DNA from: an uncultured bacterium
GTDB lineage: Bacteria > Bacillota > Clostridia > Oscillospirales > Oscillospiraceae
Assembly (NCBI GenBank): GCA_949293245.1
Contig: CASFCS010000002.1
Location: forward strand, 637 to 64,636
Direction: 5' to 3'
Length of the DNA: 64,000 bases
Shown: positions 1-9,849 of the stretch, in pieces
Numbering within the stretch: position 1 is the first letter of the stretch
Layout of the letters: each line of letters starts with the position of its first letter
Translations under genes and position numbers: made by a program
Notes under the pieces: model-generated
What the model was told of the DNA's origin: nothing
What the model saw: the letters and a program-made list of their open reading frames with translations, nothing else
Databases searched by the model: none

Positions 1-1458
1 GATACGGTTAACGCCCTTGACCTCGTTGACGATGCGGGTGGAGATCTTGTCCAGCACATCGTAGGGGATGCGGGACCAGTCGGCGGTCATGAAGTCGGTG
101 GTATTCACCGCCCGGAGGGCCAGGACAGACCGGGTGTTGGTGAGCACGGCAAAATACTGGCTGAGGTTTTTGTCCTCCCCTGCCTTGGCGATCTCATCCC
201 GGAAGATGAAATCCGCCTCCCGCAGGGTGTCCAGCTTCTCCTTGGTCAGGTCCCCCATGACCCGGATGGCCAGGCCCGGACCGGGGAAGGGCTGGCGCAT
301 AACCAGATACTCAGGTAAACCAAGCTCACGTCCAAGTTGACGCACCTCGTCCTTGAACAGGAGCCGCAGGGGCTCGATGATCTCCTTGAAGTCCACGTAA
401 TCGGGCAGGCCCCCCACGTTGTGGTGGCTCTTGATCACAGCGGCGTCCCCCGCCCCGGACTCGATCACGTCGGGGTAGATGGTGCCCTGGACCAGGTAGT
501 CCACCTGGCCGATCTTCTTGGCTTCCTCCTCAAAGACCCGGATGAATTCCTCGCCGATGATGTGGCGCTTCACCTCGGGCTCCTGCACCCCGGCCAGGCG
601 CACCAGGAAGCGGGACTCCGCGTCCACCCGTACAAAATGGATGTCCCATTTGGAGAAGGCAGCCTCCACCTCGTCTCCCTCGTCCTTGCGCATGAGGCCG
701 TGGTCCACAAAGACGCAGGTGAGCTGGCTGCCCACCGCCTCCGCCAGCAGGGCAGCGGCTACGGAGGAGTCCACCCCGCCGCTGAGGGCCAGCAGCACCT
801 TGCCGTCTCCCACCTTCTCCCGGATCTGCCGGATGGCGGTATTCTTGTAGTCCTCCATGGTCCAGTCCCCCACGGCGTGACACACCTCGTAGAGGAAGTT
901 GCGGATCATGTCAACTCCATGCTCTGTGTGGTTGACTTCCGGGTGGAACTGCACCCCGTAGAAGCCCCGCTCCACATCGGCAATGGCCACATTGGGGCAG
1001 GCCTGGGAGTGGGCCACCAGGGAAAAGCCCTGGGGCACCTTGGCCATATAGTCCCCGTGGCTCATCCAGGAGATGCCCTGCCCGGGCAGCCCCTTGAAGA
1101 GAGGACAGCCGCCGTCGTAGAAGGTGGGGGTACGGCCGTACTCCCGGGCGGTGTCCTCCTGGGCGGCGGTGACGCAGCCCCCCAGGGTATGGGCCATGAG
1201 CTGGCACCCGTAGCAGATGCCCAGAATGGGCACCCCCCAGGTGAAGATGGCCGGGTCCACCTTGGGGGAGCTCTCCTCATACACCGAGTTGGGGCCGCCG
1301 GTGAAGATGATGCCGATGGGCTCCATGGCCCGCAGCTCCTCCAGAGGGGTGGTGTAGGGCTTGACCTCGCAGTATACCTGGCACTCCCGCACCCGGCGGG
1401 CAATGAGCTGGTTGTACTGGCCGCCAAAGTCCAGAACAATAACAGTTTGATGGGACAT
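1..1458 (-). CDS. guaA: GMP synthase (glutamine-hydrolysing); the last ~15 codons lie outside the window
   Basis: Own translation from ATG at 1458 (SD GGAGGGAAG upstream): [25 protein letters not shown]... It has the GATase motif GICYGCQLM, the ATP-PPase P-loop LSGGVDSS and the C-terminal ...[23 protein letters not shown]. It is absent from the ORF track because there is no in-window stop. Confidence 0.93.
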   Translation of the reverse strand, partial: MSHQTVIVLDFGGQYNQLIARRVRECQVYCEVKPYTTPLEELRAMEPIGIIFTGGPNSVYEESSPKVDPAIFTWGVPILGICYGCQLMAHTLGGCVTAAQEDTAREYGRTPTFYDGGCPLFKGLPGQGISWMSHGDYMAKVPQGFSLVAHSQACPNVAIADVERGFYGVQFHPEVNHTEHGVDMIRNFLYEVCHAVGDWTMEDYKNTAIRQIREKVGDGKVLLALSGGVDSSVAAALLAEAVGSQLTCVFVDHGLMRKDEGDEVEAAFSKWDIHFVRVDAESRFLVRLAGVQEPEVKRHIIGEEFIRVFEEEAKKIGQVDYLVQGTIYPDVIESGAGDAAVIKSHHNVGGLPDYVDFKEIIEPLRLLFKDEVRQLGRELGLPEYLVMRQPFPGPGLAIRVMGDLTKEKLDTLREADFIFRDEIAKAGEDKNLSQYFAVLTNTRSVLALRAVNTTDFMTADWSRIPYDVLDKISTRIVNEVKGVNRI

Positions 1459-1473
1459 GGGTCTCTTCCCTCC

Positions 1474-4400
1474 TCAGATGGTGGTGATGTCGATGGGGCG
1501 CAGGGCGGAGCTGCGGCTGAGTTCCCGCACGGTGAGCATGGCCCGGGCGGTGTCGATGGCGGTGACGCAGGCCACGGAGTGCTCCACGGTGGAGCGGCGG
1601 ATCTTGAACCCGTCGGTGTCCTGCTTACGGCCCCGGGTGGGGGTATTGATCACCAGGTCCACGGTGCCGCCGGCCAGCATATCCAGAATGTTGGGGTGCC
1701 CCTCGGACACACGGGCCACCCGGCTGCAGGGAACCCCCGCCTCCTGGAGCACCTTGCAGGTGCCGTCGGTGGCCAGGATCTCGATGCCCATGTCGGCAAA
1801 GCCACGGGCCACCCCCACAATCTCTCCCTTGTCCTCGTCCTTCACGGTGATGATGATGCGGCCCCCCCGTTTGGGCACCTTCTGGTTGGCCCCCTTGAAA
1901 GCCTTGAGCAGGGCCTGGGGGAAGGATTCGGCAATGCCCAGCACCTCGCCGGTAGACTTCATCTCGGGGCCCAGGCCGGTGTCCACATCGGTGAGCTTCT
2001 CAAAGGAGAACACGGGCATCTTCACGGCGTAGTAGTCCGCCTCGGGGTAGAGGCCGGTGCCGTACCTCAGGTCCTTCAGCTTCTGCCCCAGCATCACCTT
2101 GGTGGCCAGGTCGATGATGGGCACCCCGGTGACTTTGGAGATATAGGGGATGGTGCGGGAGGAGCGGGGGTTGACCTCGATGACATACACCGCGTCGTTG
2201 TAGATGATGAACTGGATGTTGATCAGGCCGATGACCCCCAGGGCCCTGGCCAGGTCGGTGGTGTAGCGTAGGATGGTCTCCTTGTGCTTGTCCTCCAGGT
2301 GAATGGTGGGGTAGACGGAGATGGAGTCGCCCGAATGAATGCCGGCCCGCTCCACATGCTCCATGATGCCGGGGATGAGCACGTCCTCCCCGTCGAAGAT
2401 GCCGTCCACCTCCACCTCCCGGCCCATGAGGTACTTGTCCACCAGGATGGGGTGCTCCTGGACGGTCTGGTTGATGATCTTCATGAAGTCCCGGATGTTC
2501 TTGTCGTTGTAGGCGATCTCCATGCCCTGACCGCCCAGCACATAGGAGGGGCGCACCAGCACCGGGTAGCCCACCTCGTGGGCGGCCGCCAGGGCCTCCT
2601 CGGTGGTGAAGACGGTCTTGCCCTTGGCCCGGGGGATGCTGCAGTCGTTGAGGATGGCGTCAAAGCGCTCCCGGTCCTCGGCGGCGTCCACCCCGTCGGA
2701 GGAGGTGCCCAGGATGGGGACCCCCATGTCGGTGATGGCCTTGGCCAGCTTGATGGCGGTCTGGCCGCCGAACTGGACCACAGCGCCCCAGGGCTTCTCC
2801 TGCTCCACGATGGCCTCCACATCCTCGGGGGTGAGGGGCTCGAAATAGAGCTTGTCCGCCACGTCGAAGTCGGTGGATACGGTCTCGGGGTTGTTGTTGA
2901 TGATGATGGTCTCGTAGCCCATGCGCTTGAAGGCCCACACGGAGTGGACCGAGCAGTAGTCAAACTCGATGCCCTGGCCGATGCGGATGGGGCCGGAGCC
3001 CAGCACCAGCACCTTCTTCTTCTCGGGCTTCTCCTCCTCCGCGGGCAGGCGGCCCCGGAGAGAGGGGGCCACGGGGGCGTGGGCGGGCCACTGGCAGGGA
3101 TCCAGAGCCTCATTCTCCTCATCGTAGGTGGAGTAGTAATAGGGGGTCTCCGCGTCAAATTCCGCCGCGCAGGTGTCCACCATCTTGAAGCAGGGGAAGA
3201 TCTGATACTCCTCTCGCAGCTTCTTGATCTCCCCTCTGTCCCGGCCGGCCAGGAGGGCGATGTAGCTGTCGGCAAAGCCCATCTCCTTGGCCCGCTGCAT
3301 GGTGTCCCGGTCCAGCTCCCCCTTCTTCAGGTGGTTCTCCATGTCCACGATCACCCCCAGCCGGTCCAGGAACCAGTAGTCGATCTTGGTGATGTTGTGG
3401 ATCATGGAGGGCTTGATGCCCCGGCGCAGGGCCTCAGTGACCACGAAGATGCGCTCGTCGTCGATGTCGGCCAGCTTCTCCTCGATCTCCTCGTCGCTGA
3501 GGTTGGCCAGCTTGGGCAGGCGCAGAGCGTGGACGTTCTGCTCCAGAGAGCGCACCGCCTTCATCAGGGCCCCCTCAAAGGAGTTGCCGATGGCCATGAC
3601 CTCGCCGGTGGCCTTCATCTGGGTGCCCAGGGTGCGGGCGGCGGTGGTGAACTTGTCAAAGGGCAGGCGGGGGATCTTGAGCACGCAGTAGTCAATGGTG
3701 GGCTCGAAGCAGGCAGTGGTCTTGCCGGTGACGGCGTTGGGGATCTCGTCCAGGGTGTATCCCAGGGCGATCTTGGCGGCTACCTTGGCGATGGGGTAGC
3801 CCGTGGCCTTGGAGGCCAGGGCGGAGGAGCGGGACACGCGGGGGTTGACCTCGATGACGGCGTACTCAAAGGAGTCAGGGTTCAGGGCGAACTGGCAGTT
3901 GCACCCGCCCTCGATCTCCAGGGCGGAGATAATGTCCAGCGCGGCGGTGCGCAGCATCTGGTACTCCCGGTTGGCCAGGGTCTGAGTGGGGGCCACCACG
4001 ATGGAGTCGCCGGTGTGGACCCCCACGGGGTCCAGGTTCTCCATGGAGCAGATCTGGATCACGTTGCCCGCGGAGTCCCGCATGACCTCGAACTCGATCT
4101 CCTTCCAGCCGGCGATGCACCGCTCGATGAGCACCTGGCCCACCCGGCTGAGATGGATGCCCCGGTCGGCGATCTCCCGGAGGGAGGGCTCGTCGTAGGC
4201 GATGCCGCCGCCGGTGCCACCCAGGGTGTAGGCCGGACGGACAATGACGGGGTAGCCGATGGTGCCGGCAAAGTCCACCGCGTCCTCCACGCTCTCCACC
4301 ACGTCGGAGGTGACACAGGGCTGGCCGATGGCCTCCATGGTGTCCTTGAAGCCCTGGCGGTCCTCCGCCTTGCGGATGGACTCGGGGCTGGTGCCCAGCA

Positions 4401-4752
4401 GGCGCACGTGGTTGGCCGCCAGGATGCCCTGCTCGTGGAGGTTCATGGCCAGGTTCAGCCCGGTCTGGCCCCCCAGAGTGGGCAGGACGGCGTCGGGCTT
4501 CTCCTTCTCGATGATCTGGGTCACGGAGGCGATGTTCAGCGGCTCGATATACACGTGGTCGGCGATGTCCTTGTCGGTCATGATGGTGGCGGGGTTGGAG
4601 TTGACCAGCACCACCTCCACCCCTTCCTCCTTCAGAGCGCGGCAGGCCTGGGTGCCGGCGTAGTCAAACTCCGCCGCCTGGCCGATGACGATGGGCCCGG
4701 AGCCCAGTACCAAAACCTTGCGAATGCTGCTGTCCTTAGGCATTGCGCCCAC
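1474..4752 (-). CDS. carB: Carbamoyl-phosphate synthase large subunit
   Basis: 1092-aa ORF with two ATP-grasp halves ([18 protein letters not shown]... and [17 protein letters not shown]...) and an MGS-like C-terminus. Its start overlaps the carA stop by 17 nt. Confidence 0.97.
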   Translation of the reverse strand: MGAMPKDSSIRKVLVLGSGPIVIGQAAEFDYAGTQACRALKEEGVEVVLVNSNPATIMTDKDIADHVYIEPLNIASVTQIIEKEKPDAVLPTLGGQTGLNLAMNLHEQGILAANHVRLLGTSPESIRKAEDRQGFKDTMEAIGQPCVTSDVVESVEDAVDFAGTIGYPVIVRPAYTLGGTGGGIAYDEPSLREIADRGIHLSRVGQVLIERCIAGWKEIEFEVMRDSAGNVIQICSMENLDPVGVHTGDSIVVAPTQTLANREYQMLRTAALDIISALEIEGGCNCQFALNPDSFEYAVIEVNPRVSRSSALASKATGYPIAKVAAKIALGYTLDEIPNAVTGKTTACFEPTIDYCVLKIPRLPFDKFTTAARTLGTQMKATGEVMAIGNSFEGALMKAVRSLEQNVHALRLPKLANLSDEEIEEKLADIDDERIFVVTEALRRGIKPSMIHNITKIDYWFLDRLGVIVDMENHLKKGELDRDTMQRAKEMGFADSYIALLAGRDRGEIKKLREEYQIFPCFKMVDTCAAEFDAETPYYYSTYDEENEALDPCQWPAHAPVAPSLRGRLPAEEEKPEKKKVLVLGSGPIRIGQGIEFDYCSVHSVWAFKRMGYETIIINNNPETVSTDFDVADKLYFEPLTPEDVEAIVEQEKPWGAVVQFGGQTAIKLAKAITDMGVPILGTSSDGVDAAEDRERFDAILNDCSIPRAKGKTVFTTEEALAAAHEVGYPVLVRPSYVLGGQGMEIAYNDKNIRDFMKIINQTVQEHPILVDKYLMGREVEVDGIFDGEDVLIPGIMEHVERAGIHSGDSISVYPTIHLEDKHKETILRYTTDLARALGVIGLINIQFIIYNDAVYVIEVNPRSSRTIPYISKVTGVPIIDLATKVMLGQKLKDLRYGTGLYPEADYYAVKMPVFSFEKLTDVDTGLGPEMKSTGEVLGIAESFPQALLKAFKGANQKVPKRGGRIIITVKDEDKGEIVGVARGFADMGIEILATDGTCKVLQEAGVPCSRVARVSEGHPNILDMLAGGTVDLVINTPTRGRKQDTDGFKIRRSTVEHSVACVTAIDTARAMLTVRELSRSSALRPIDITTI

Positions 4753-5824
4753 CTCCCATCATGTCCATAAAGCGGTCGAAAAGATACTCCGTGTCCTGGG
4801 GCCCGGGGGATGCCTCCGGGTGGAACTGAACAGTGAACACGTTGCCCTTGCAATAGCGCAGGCCCTCCACGCTGCCGTCGTTGACATTGATGTGGGAGAT
4901 CTCCGCCACGGCGGGGTCCACGCTGTCCTCGCACACGCAGTAGCCGTGGTTCTGGCTGGTGATGTACACCCGGCCCTGGGCCACGTCCTTCACCGGGTGG
5001 TTGCCCCCCCGGTGGCCGAAACGCATCTTCCGGGTTTTGGCGCCGGTGGCCAGGGCCATGAGCTGGTGGCCAAGGCACACGGCAAAGACGGGGATGTTGG
5101 CGTCGTAGAACTTGCGCACCTGCTCAATGATCTCCACGTTGTCCGCCGGGTCCCCGGGGCCGTTGGAGAGCATCACCCCGTCGTACCCCTGGCTGAGGAC
5201 GGTGTTGGCAGGGGTGTGGGCGGGGTACACCGTGACGGCGCAGCCCCGCTTGGTGAGGCAGCGGATCATGTTCTCCTTCACGCCGAAGTCCATCATGGCC
5301 ACACGGCGCAGCTGCCGCCCCTGGGCGGGGTACTCCTCCTCCGCCTGGCGGGTGACCCGCTCCACGGTGCCCTCCACCCGGTAGGCCCGGATCTTCTCCA
5401 GGGCCTCATCCATAGAAAAATTCTCCGCGCAGGTGATCATGCCGTTCATGGTGCCCTGATTGCGGAGAATACGGGTCAGCGCGCGGGTGTCCACGCCCTG
5501 AATACCCACAATATTATGTTCCTTCAGATACTCGTCCAGGGTGCCCTCGCAGCGGAAATTGCTGCCGCGGGAGGCCAGATGGCGCACGATAAACGCCTCG
5601 GCCCAGGGACGGCCGGACTCGTTGTCCTCATGGTTGACGCCGTAATTGCCGATAAGGGGATAGGACATGACAATGCCCTGTCCCGCATAGGAGGGGTCGG
5701 TCAAGATCTCCTGGTAGCCGGTCATGGAGGTGTTGAACACCATCTCAAATACCCGCTCCCCGGACGCGCCGATAGACTGGCCGTGAAACACACAGCCGTT
5801 GCTCAAAACCAACGTGGCTTTCAT
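4736..5824 (-). CDS. carA: Carbamoyl-phosphate synthase small (glutaminase) subunit
   Basis: The conserved N-terminus begins [19 protein letters not shown], with the GATase nucleophile motif VCLGHQL. The track ORF extends to 5992 but has no homology-like sequence upstream. Alternative start at 5833 (MQQMKAT). Confidence 0.93.
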   Translation of the reverse strand: MKATLVLSNGCVFHGQSIGASGERVFEMVFNTSMTGYQEILTDPSYAGQGIVMSYPLIGNYGVNHEDNESGRPWAEAFIVRHLASRGSNFRCEGTLDEYLKEHNIVGIQGVDTRALTRILRNQGTMNGMITCAENFSMDEALEKIRAYRVEGTVERVTRQAEEEYPAQGRQLRRVAMMDFGVKENMIRCLTKRGCAVTVYPAHTPANTVLSQGYDGVMLSNGPGDPADNVEIIEQVRKFYDANIPVFAVCLGHQLMALATGAKTRKMRFGHRGGNHPVKDVAQGRVYITSQNHGYCVCEDSVDPAVAEISHINVNDGSVEGLRYCKGNVFTVQFHPEASPGPQDTEYLFDRFMDMMGGGRNA

Positions 5825-6009
5825 CTGCTGCATCCCGCCTTTTCTGTGGTATAATCTTTCAGATTGTATCCCAATTTCCCTCAAAACACAATATATATCC
5901 CGCTCCTTTTCCCCCCTCCCAAAAAAAATTGGAATTTTGGACAAACTCGCCCCACATATCTCCCGCCCCGGAGGCAATAATGATAACAGCAAAGGGGGCA
6001 GGTTCTTTT

Positions 6010-6684
6010 ATGATTATCGTGTTGATCCGTACCGTGATCCTCTATGTGGTCATCATCGCCGGTATCCGCCTCATGGGCAAGCGGCAGGTGGGGGAGCTGG
6101 AGCCCTCCGAGCTGGTGCTGGCCCTGCTTATCGCGGACCTGGCCTCGGTGCCCATGCAGGACACGGGCATCCCCCTGCTGTGGGGTATCATCCCCATCAT
6201 CGCCCTGCTGTGCACCGCCAGCATCATCTCGGTGCTCACCCTGAAAAGCCCCCGGTTCCGGGACCTGGTGTGCGGCACCCCCAGCTTCCTCATCCGCCGG
6301 GGGAAGGTGGTGGAGGGGGAGCTGCGGCGCAACCGCATCACCCTGGACGAGCTGCTGGAGGAGCTGCGCATCCAGGGAGTGTTCGACCTGAGCACGGTGC
6401 GCTACGCCATTCTGGAGAGCAACGGCCAGCTCTCGGTACTCCTCAACAGCGCGGACCTCCCCGCCACCGCCGCCCAGGCGGGGGCCCAGGCCCAGGACAA
6501 GGGGGTGCCCACCGTTCTCATCGCCGACGGCAGGGTGCTCACAGACAATCTGAAAAAGCAGGGGCTCGACCAGGTGTGGCTCACCCGGCAGCTGGAGGCC
6601 CGTGGGGCCGCCTCCCCTGCCCAGGTGCTCCTCCTCACGGTGGATGAGGCGGGCGGCCTCTACTATGCGGCAAAGGAGGGGTGA
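6010..6684 (+). CDS. DUF421 (YetF-like) membrane protein
   Basis: MIIVLIRTVILYVVIIAGIRLMGKRQVGELEPSELVLALLIADL... is typical of the DUF421 N-terminus. SD AAAGGGGGCAGG lies before the ATG at 6010. An extended -10 TGgTATAAT sits at about 5847-5855. Confidence 0.8.
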   Translation: MIIVLIRTVILYVVIIAGIRLMGKRQVGELEPSELVLALLIADLASVPMQDTGIPLLWGIIPIIALLCTASIISVLTLKSPRFRDLVCGTPSFLIRRGKVVEGELRRNRITLDELLEELRIQGVFDLSTVRYAILESNGQLSVLLNSADLPATAAQAGAQAQDKGVPTVLIADGRVLTDNLKKQGLDQVWLTRQLEARGAASPAQVLLLTVDEAGGLYYAAKEG

Positions 6685-7070
6685 GCGTGAAGCGGCTTGT
6701 GATCTCTCTGGGGCTCCTCCTTCTCATCGCCGGGGCCACTCTGGGCAACACCGCCTTCCTCAAAACCCGCACCCAGGCTTTGGAGGAGCTTCTCACCACG
6801 GCCCAGGCGGCAGTGGGCCGGCAGGACTGGAGGGAAGCGGAGGACCTTACGAAACAGGCTCTGGACCAGTGGCGGGAGCTGGAATTCTACCTCCATGTCA
6901 CCTTGCGCCACGACGACATTGACCAGATCCTGGCCTCCATTCAGGAAGTACGGCAATACCTCACCTGCCCGGAGGACACGGCGGAGTACGCCGCCGCCAA
7001 CGCCCGGCTGCTCACCCAGCTGGAGCTCCTGTGCGAGGCGGAGTGTCTCACCCTGCACAACATCCTTTAA
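6681..7070 (+). CDS. DUF4363-like small membrane-anchored protein (usual partner of DUF421)
   Basis: 129-aa ORF with an N-terminal TM segment (LVISLGLLLLIAGATL) followed by a helical domain. The GTG start overlaps the stop of the DUF421 gene. The family call rests on remembered DUF421/DUF4363 pairing. Confidence 0.6.
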   Translation: MSVKRLVISLGLLLLIAGATLGNTAFLKTRTQALEELLTTAQAAVGRQDWREAEDLTKQALDQWRELEFYLHVTLRHDDIDQILASIQEVRQYLTCPEDTAEYAAANARLLTQLELLCEAECLTLHNIL

Positions 7071-7077
7071 AAACGCG

Positions 7078-7116
7078 GCAGTACGCCGCCGCCCGGACCG
7101 GGCGGCGGCGTACTGC
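7078..7116. terminator. Bidirectional intrinsic terminator between the DUF4363 gene and nrdR
   Basis: Perfect 19-bp stem GCAGTACGCCGCCGCCCGG / CCGGGCGGCGGCGTACTGC between convergent genes. Confidence 0.75.
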
Positions 7117-7121
7117 ACCCC

Positions 7122-7577
7122 TTATTTGTCGGCCAGGAGCTTGTTGAGCTCCTCCATAAAAGTGTTCAGGTCCTTGAACTGGCGGTATACCGAGGCAAAG
7201 CGCACATAGGCCACCTCGTCCACCTCCTTGAGCTTGGCCATCACCAGTTCCCCGATGCGGGCGGAGGGGATCTCCCGCTCCAGCTCGTTTTGCAATGTCA
7301 GCTCGATCTCGTCGGCCACCCGCTCCAGGGTGGCCATGGGGACGGAGCGCTTCTCGCAGGCCTTGAGCATGCTGCTGAGCAGCTTGCTGCGGTCAAAGGC
7401 CTGGCGCCCCCCGTCCTTCTTGATGACCATCAGGGGCAGGCGCTCCATAGTCTCGTAGGTGGTGAAGCGCTTGTGGCAGGCCAGGCACTCCCGCCGGCGG
7501 CGGATGCTGCTGCCCTCGTCCGCCGGTCTGGAGTCCACCACCTTGCTCTCCATGTTGGAGCAATAGGGACATTTCAT
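7122..7577 (-). CDS. nrdR: Transcriptional repressor NrdR
   Basis: [42 protein letters not shown]... is the zinc ribbon plus ATP-cone. SD GAGGATTGG lies before the ATG at 7577. The track ORF (to 7892) is an artefactual N-terminal extension. Confidence 0.95.
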   Translation of the reverse strand: MKCPYCSNMESKVVDSRPADEGSSIRRRRECLACHKRFTTYETMERLPLMVIKKDGGRQAFDRSKLLSSMLKACEKRSVPMATLERVADEIELTLQNELEREIPSARIGELVMAKLKEVDEVAYVRFASVYRQFKDLNTFMEELNKLLADK

Positions 7578-7709
7578 CTCAACCAATCCTCTCAGCCGGG
7601 CCGCAGCCCGCTCCTCAGTTTGCCCCGCCCCACGCGGGGATGAAAACTTTTTCTCCGGCGTATATTCTCCCCCGCCGGGGGCCATACTGGTGACAGTGAG
7701 GTGATAAAA

Positions 7710-7844
7710 ATGAGCTACAAGCCCAATACCAACAGCTGTCCCAGCAATCAGAAATCCACTCCCGAGCAGAAGAAGACCCCTGAGCAGCAGAACAAGAAAT
7801 ACGCCCCCACCCAGAATAAGGCCAACCCCACCCAGAGCCGCTGA
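7710..7844 (+). CDS. Unannotated 44-aa hydrophilic N/Q/K/P/T-rich small protein (minor-SASP-like composition)
   Basis: ATG at 7710 lies 5 nt after SD GAGGTGA. Peptide: [44 protein letters not shown], stop at 7842-7844. Third positions are G/C-rich like real genes here, whereas the overlapping minus-strand frame is T-rich at third positions. A hairpin terminator follows at 7888-7924. It is below the ORF-track length cutoff. Confidence 0.55.
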   Translation: MSYKPNTNSCPSNQKSTPEQKKTPEQQNKKYAPTQNKANPTQSR

Positions 7845-7887
7845 CCAGACAGTCCCTCCGGCAAAGCGCTGGGCCTGAACAAAAGAC

Positions 7888-7924
7888 GGCACGGGTGCCC
7901 AGCTACCGCTGCGGCACCCGTGCC
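7888..7924. terminator. Bidirectional intrinsic terminator (upp on minus, small ORF on plus)
   Basis: 12-bp stem GGCACGGGTGCC / GGCACCCGTGCC. It is followed by GTTTTCTTATTT on the plus strand and GTCTTTTGTTC on the minus strand. Confidence 0.8.
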
Positions 7925-7930
7925 GTTTTC

Positions 7931-8560
7931 TTATTTGGTCCCGAAGATCCGGTCGCCGGCGTCTCCCAGGCCGGGAACGATATAGCCGTGCTCGTTGAGA
8001 CCTTCGTCCACAGCGGCGCAGTAAATGTCCACATCGGGGTGATCCTTGTGCACCCGGGCGATGCCCTCGGGGGCGGCCAGGATGTTCATGAGCTTCACAT
8101 GCTTGACCCCGTAGTTCTTGATGAACTGGATGGCGGCGGAGGCGGAGCCGCCGGTGGCCAGCATGGGATCCAGCACGATGACCTCCCGCTCGGCGATGTC
8201 GCTGGGCATCTTGCAGTAGTACTCCACGGGCTCCAGGGTGTTGGGGTCACGGTACAGACCGATGTGGCCCACCTTGGCGGAGGGGATCAGGGTGAGGATG
8301 CCGTCCACCATGCCCAGGCCCGCCCGCAGAACAGGGACGATGGCCAGCTTCTTGCCGGCGATGGTCTTGAACTTGCCGGAGCAGATGGGGGTCTTGATCT
8401 CCACCTCCTCCATGGGCAGATCCCGGGTGGCCTCGTAGCACATCAGGGTAGCGATCTCGGAGACCACCTGGCGGAAGTCCTTGACGCCGGTGGTCTCATC
8501 CCGCAGGATGGACAGCTTGTGCTGAAGGAGCGGATGGTCCAGAATATGTACTTTTTCCAT
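7931..8560 (-). CDS. upp: Uracil phosphoribosyltransferase
   Basis: 209-aa ORF: [40 protein letters not shown]...PVLRAGLGM...[12 protein letters not shown] (PRPP-binding motif). Confidence 0.97.
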   Translation of the reverse strand: MEKVHILDHPLLQHKLSILRDETTGVKDFRQVVSEIATLMCYEATRDLPMEEVEIKTPICSGKFKTIAGKKLAIVPVLRAGLGMVDGILTLIPSAKVGHIGLYRDPNTLEPVEYYCKMPSDIAEREVIVLDPMLATGGSASAAIQFIKNYGVKHVKLMNILAAPEGIARVHKDHPDVDIYCAAVDEGLNEHGYIVPGLGDAGDRIFGTK

Positions 8561-9268
8561 TTATATCTTCCCCTTTTCCTGATTGAGTCGTTCCCGTTCG
8601 GCCTGGGACAGCCGGTGATAGGCCGGCGCCAGGGCAGCGGCGGACACCAGGCCTCCGCTGCGGACCAGCTCCACCGCCGCACGGGCCACGCCCCAGGCGC
8701 TCTGGTGGCGCAGGTGGGGCGGCAGCAGCACCGCCGGCACGCCCTGCTTACGAAAGGCATTATAACACAGATCCCCACCGTCTCCAACTAAAATCTGCGT
8801 CTGCCCCCGATTTTTTATCTCGGGGATCAGCTCCTCCAGGGAGATGGCCCGGTCGGGCGTCAGCCGGGTGAGGGTCCCCCCCCGGGCCAGGAAGCTGGCC
8901 TGATAGACCTGATTGCGCCGGGCGTCCATCACGGCGCAGATCTCCCCCTCCAGATGGGCAGCCAGCCAGGCCATGGACTCCAGGGTGGAGCAGGGGGCGC
9001 AGGGCTTGTCCAGCGCCCAGGCCAGCCCCTTTGCCTCGGACACCCCGATGCGCAGCCCCGTAAAGGACCCCGGCCCGGCGGCCACGGCAATCACGTCCAT
9101 CTCCGCCAGGGTGAGCCCGGCGTTTTTCAGCATATCCTCCACCATGGGCAGCAGGGTGGCGCTGTGGGTGAGGCCGGTGCGCTGGAAGCTCTGGGCCACC
9201 AGCTCCTCCCCCTCGCACACCGCCGCCGAGGCCGCCTTGGCCGAGGACTCCAGTGCCAGGATCTTCAC
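8561..9268 (-). CDS. tsaB: tRNA t6A37 biosynthesis protein TsaB (YeaZ)
   Basis: MKILALESSAKAASAAVCEGEELV...IAVAAGPGSFTGLRIGVSEAKGLAWA is the typical TsaB N-terminal ASKHA-like fold. Confidence 0.9.
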   Translation of the reverse strand: MKILALESSAKAASAAVCEGEELVAQSFQRTGLTHSATLLPMVEDMLKNAGLTLAEMDVIAVAAGPGSFTGLRIGVSEAKGLAWALDKPCAPCSTLESMAWLAAHLEGEICAVMDARRNQVYQASFLARGGTLTRLTPDRAISLEELIPEIKNRGQTQILVGDGGDLCYNAFRKQGVPAVLLPPHLRHQSAWGVARAAVELVRSGGLVSAAALAPAYHRLSQAERERLNQEKGKI

Positions 9269-9690
9269 AGCTCCACCCCCTCAATGGTAATAACCCGGTC
9301 GTTGTCCCCCGCTCCCCGCCGCAGGTCCACCCGGATGAAGGGCTCCTCCAGGGCGCCGGAGATGTTCTCGCTCCACTCCACGGCGCACACGCCCCCCCGG
9401 TCCAGGTAATCCTCCCAGCCGATGTCGAAGAGCTCCTCCGGAGAGGAGAGGCGGTAGAGGTCAAAGTGGAACAGGGGCATGGAGTCGCTGAGGTACTCAT
9501 GGACGATGTTGAAGGTGGGGCTGGTCACCTGCTCCCGGGCACCCAGACCCCTGGCCATGCCGGAGACGAAGGCGGTCTTCCCCGCCCCCAGGTCCCCGGT
9601 GAAGGCCACCACCGCCCCGGGGGACAGCGCCCTGGCCAGCCGCTCCCCCAGCTCACGGGTGTCGCCGGCGCTGTGTGAATGGTATACCAT
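9265..9690 (-). CDS. tsaE: tRNA t6A37 biosynthesis ATPase TsaE (YjeE)
   Basis: From ATG 9690 (SD AAAGGAGAG): MVYHSHSAGDTRELGERLA...FTGDLGAGKTAFVSGMARGLG...SPTFNIVHEY. These are the Walker A and TsaE signatures. Its stop overlaps the tsaB start by 4 nt. Confidence 0.9.
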   Translation of the reverse strand: MVYHSHSAGDTRELGERLARALSPGAVVAFTGDLGAGKTAFVSGMARGLGAREQVTSPTFNIVHEYLSDSMPLFHFDLYRLSSPEELFDIGWEDYLDRGGVCAVEWSENISGALEEPFIRVDLRRGAGDNDRVITIEGVEL

Positions 9691-9849
9691 GGATCTCTCT
9701 CCTTTTATCAAAGGCGCGTTGTGCAGCGTGCGCCCCCGGAGGGCCCCGCCGCCGCGGTTTATTCGGCAGACATTAGTATAGCATGATTGTCCGGCGTGTG
9801 GTATAATATTTTGCATCTTTCTCATCATCCCGCGAAAGGAGGCCTTTCC

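Noticed and set aside
337-4770. Long plus-strand ORFs 337-2271 (644 aa) and 2284-4770 (828 aa)
   Set aside because: They lie exactly antisense to guaA and carB. Their translations are low-complexity G/A/V/H/L-rich strings with no motifs. They are typical stop-free shadow frames of high-GC coding DNA.
5834-5992. N-terminal 53-56 codon extension of carA in the track ORF
   Set aside because: It is A/T-rich with no similarity to CarA. It contains the divergent promoter region (TGgTATAAT for the DUF421 gene). The conserved CarA N-terminus starts at MKATLVL.
7578-7892. A two-TM 'membrane' N-terminal extension fused in-frame to NrdR (track ORF 7122-7892)
   Set aside because: Its GTG start lies inside the upp terminator stem. 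Its codons are T-rich at third positions, unlike genes here. NrdR begins canonically at MKCPYC with its own SD. The plus-strand 44-codon ORF explains the region better.
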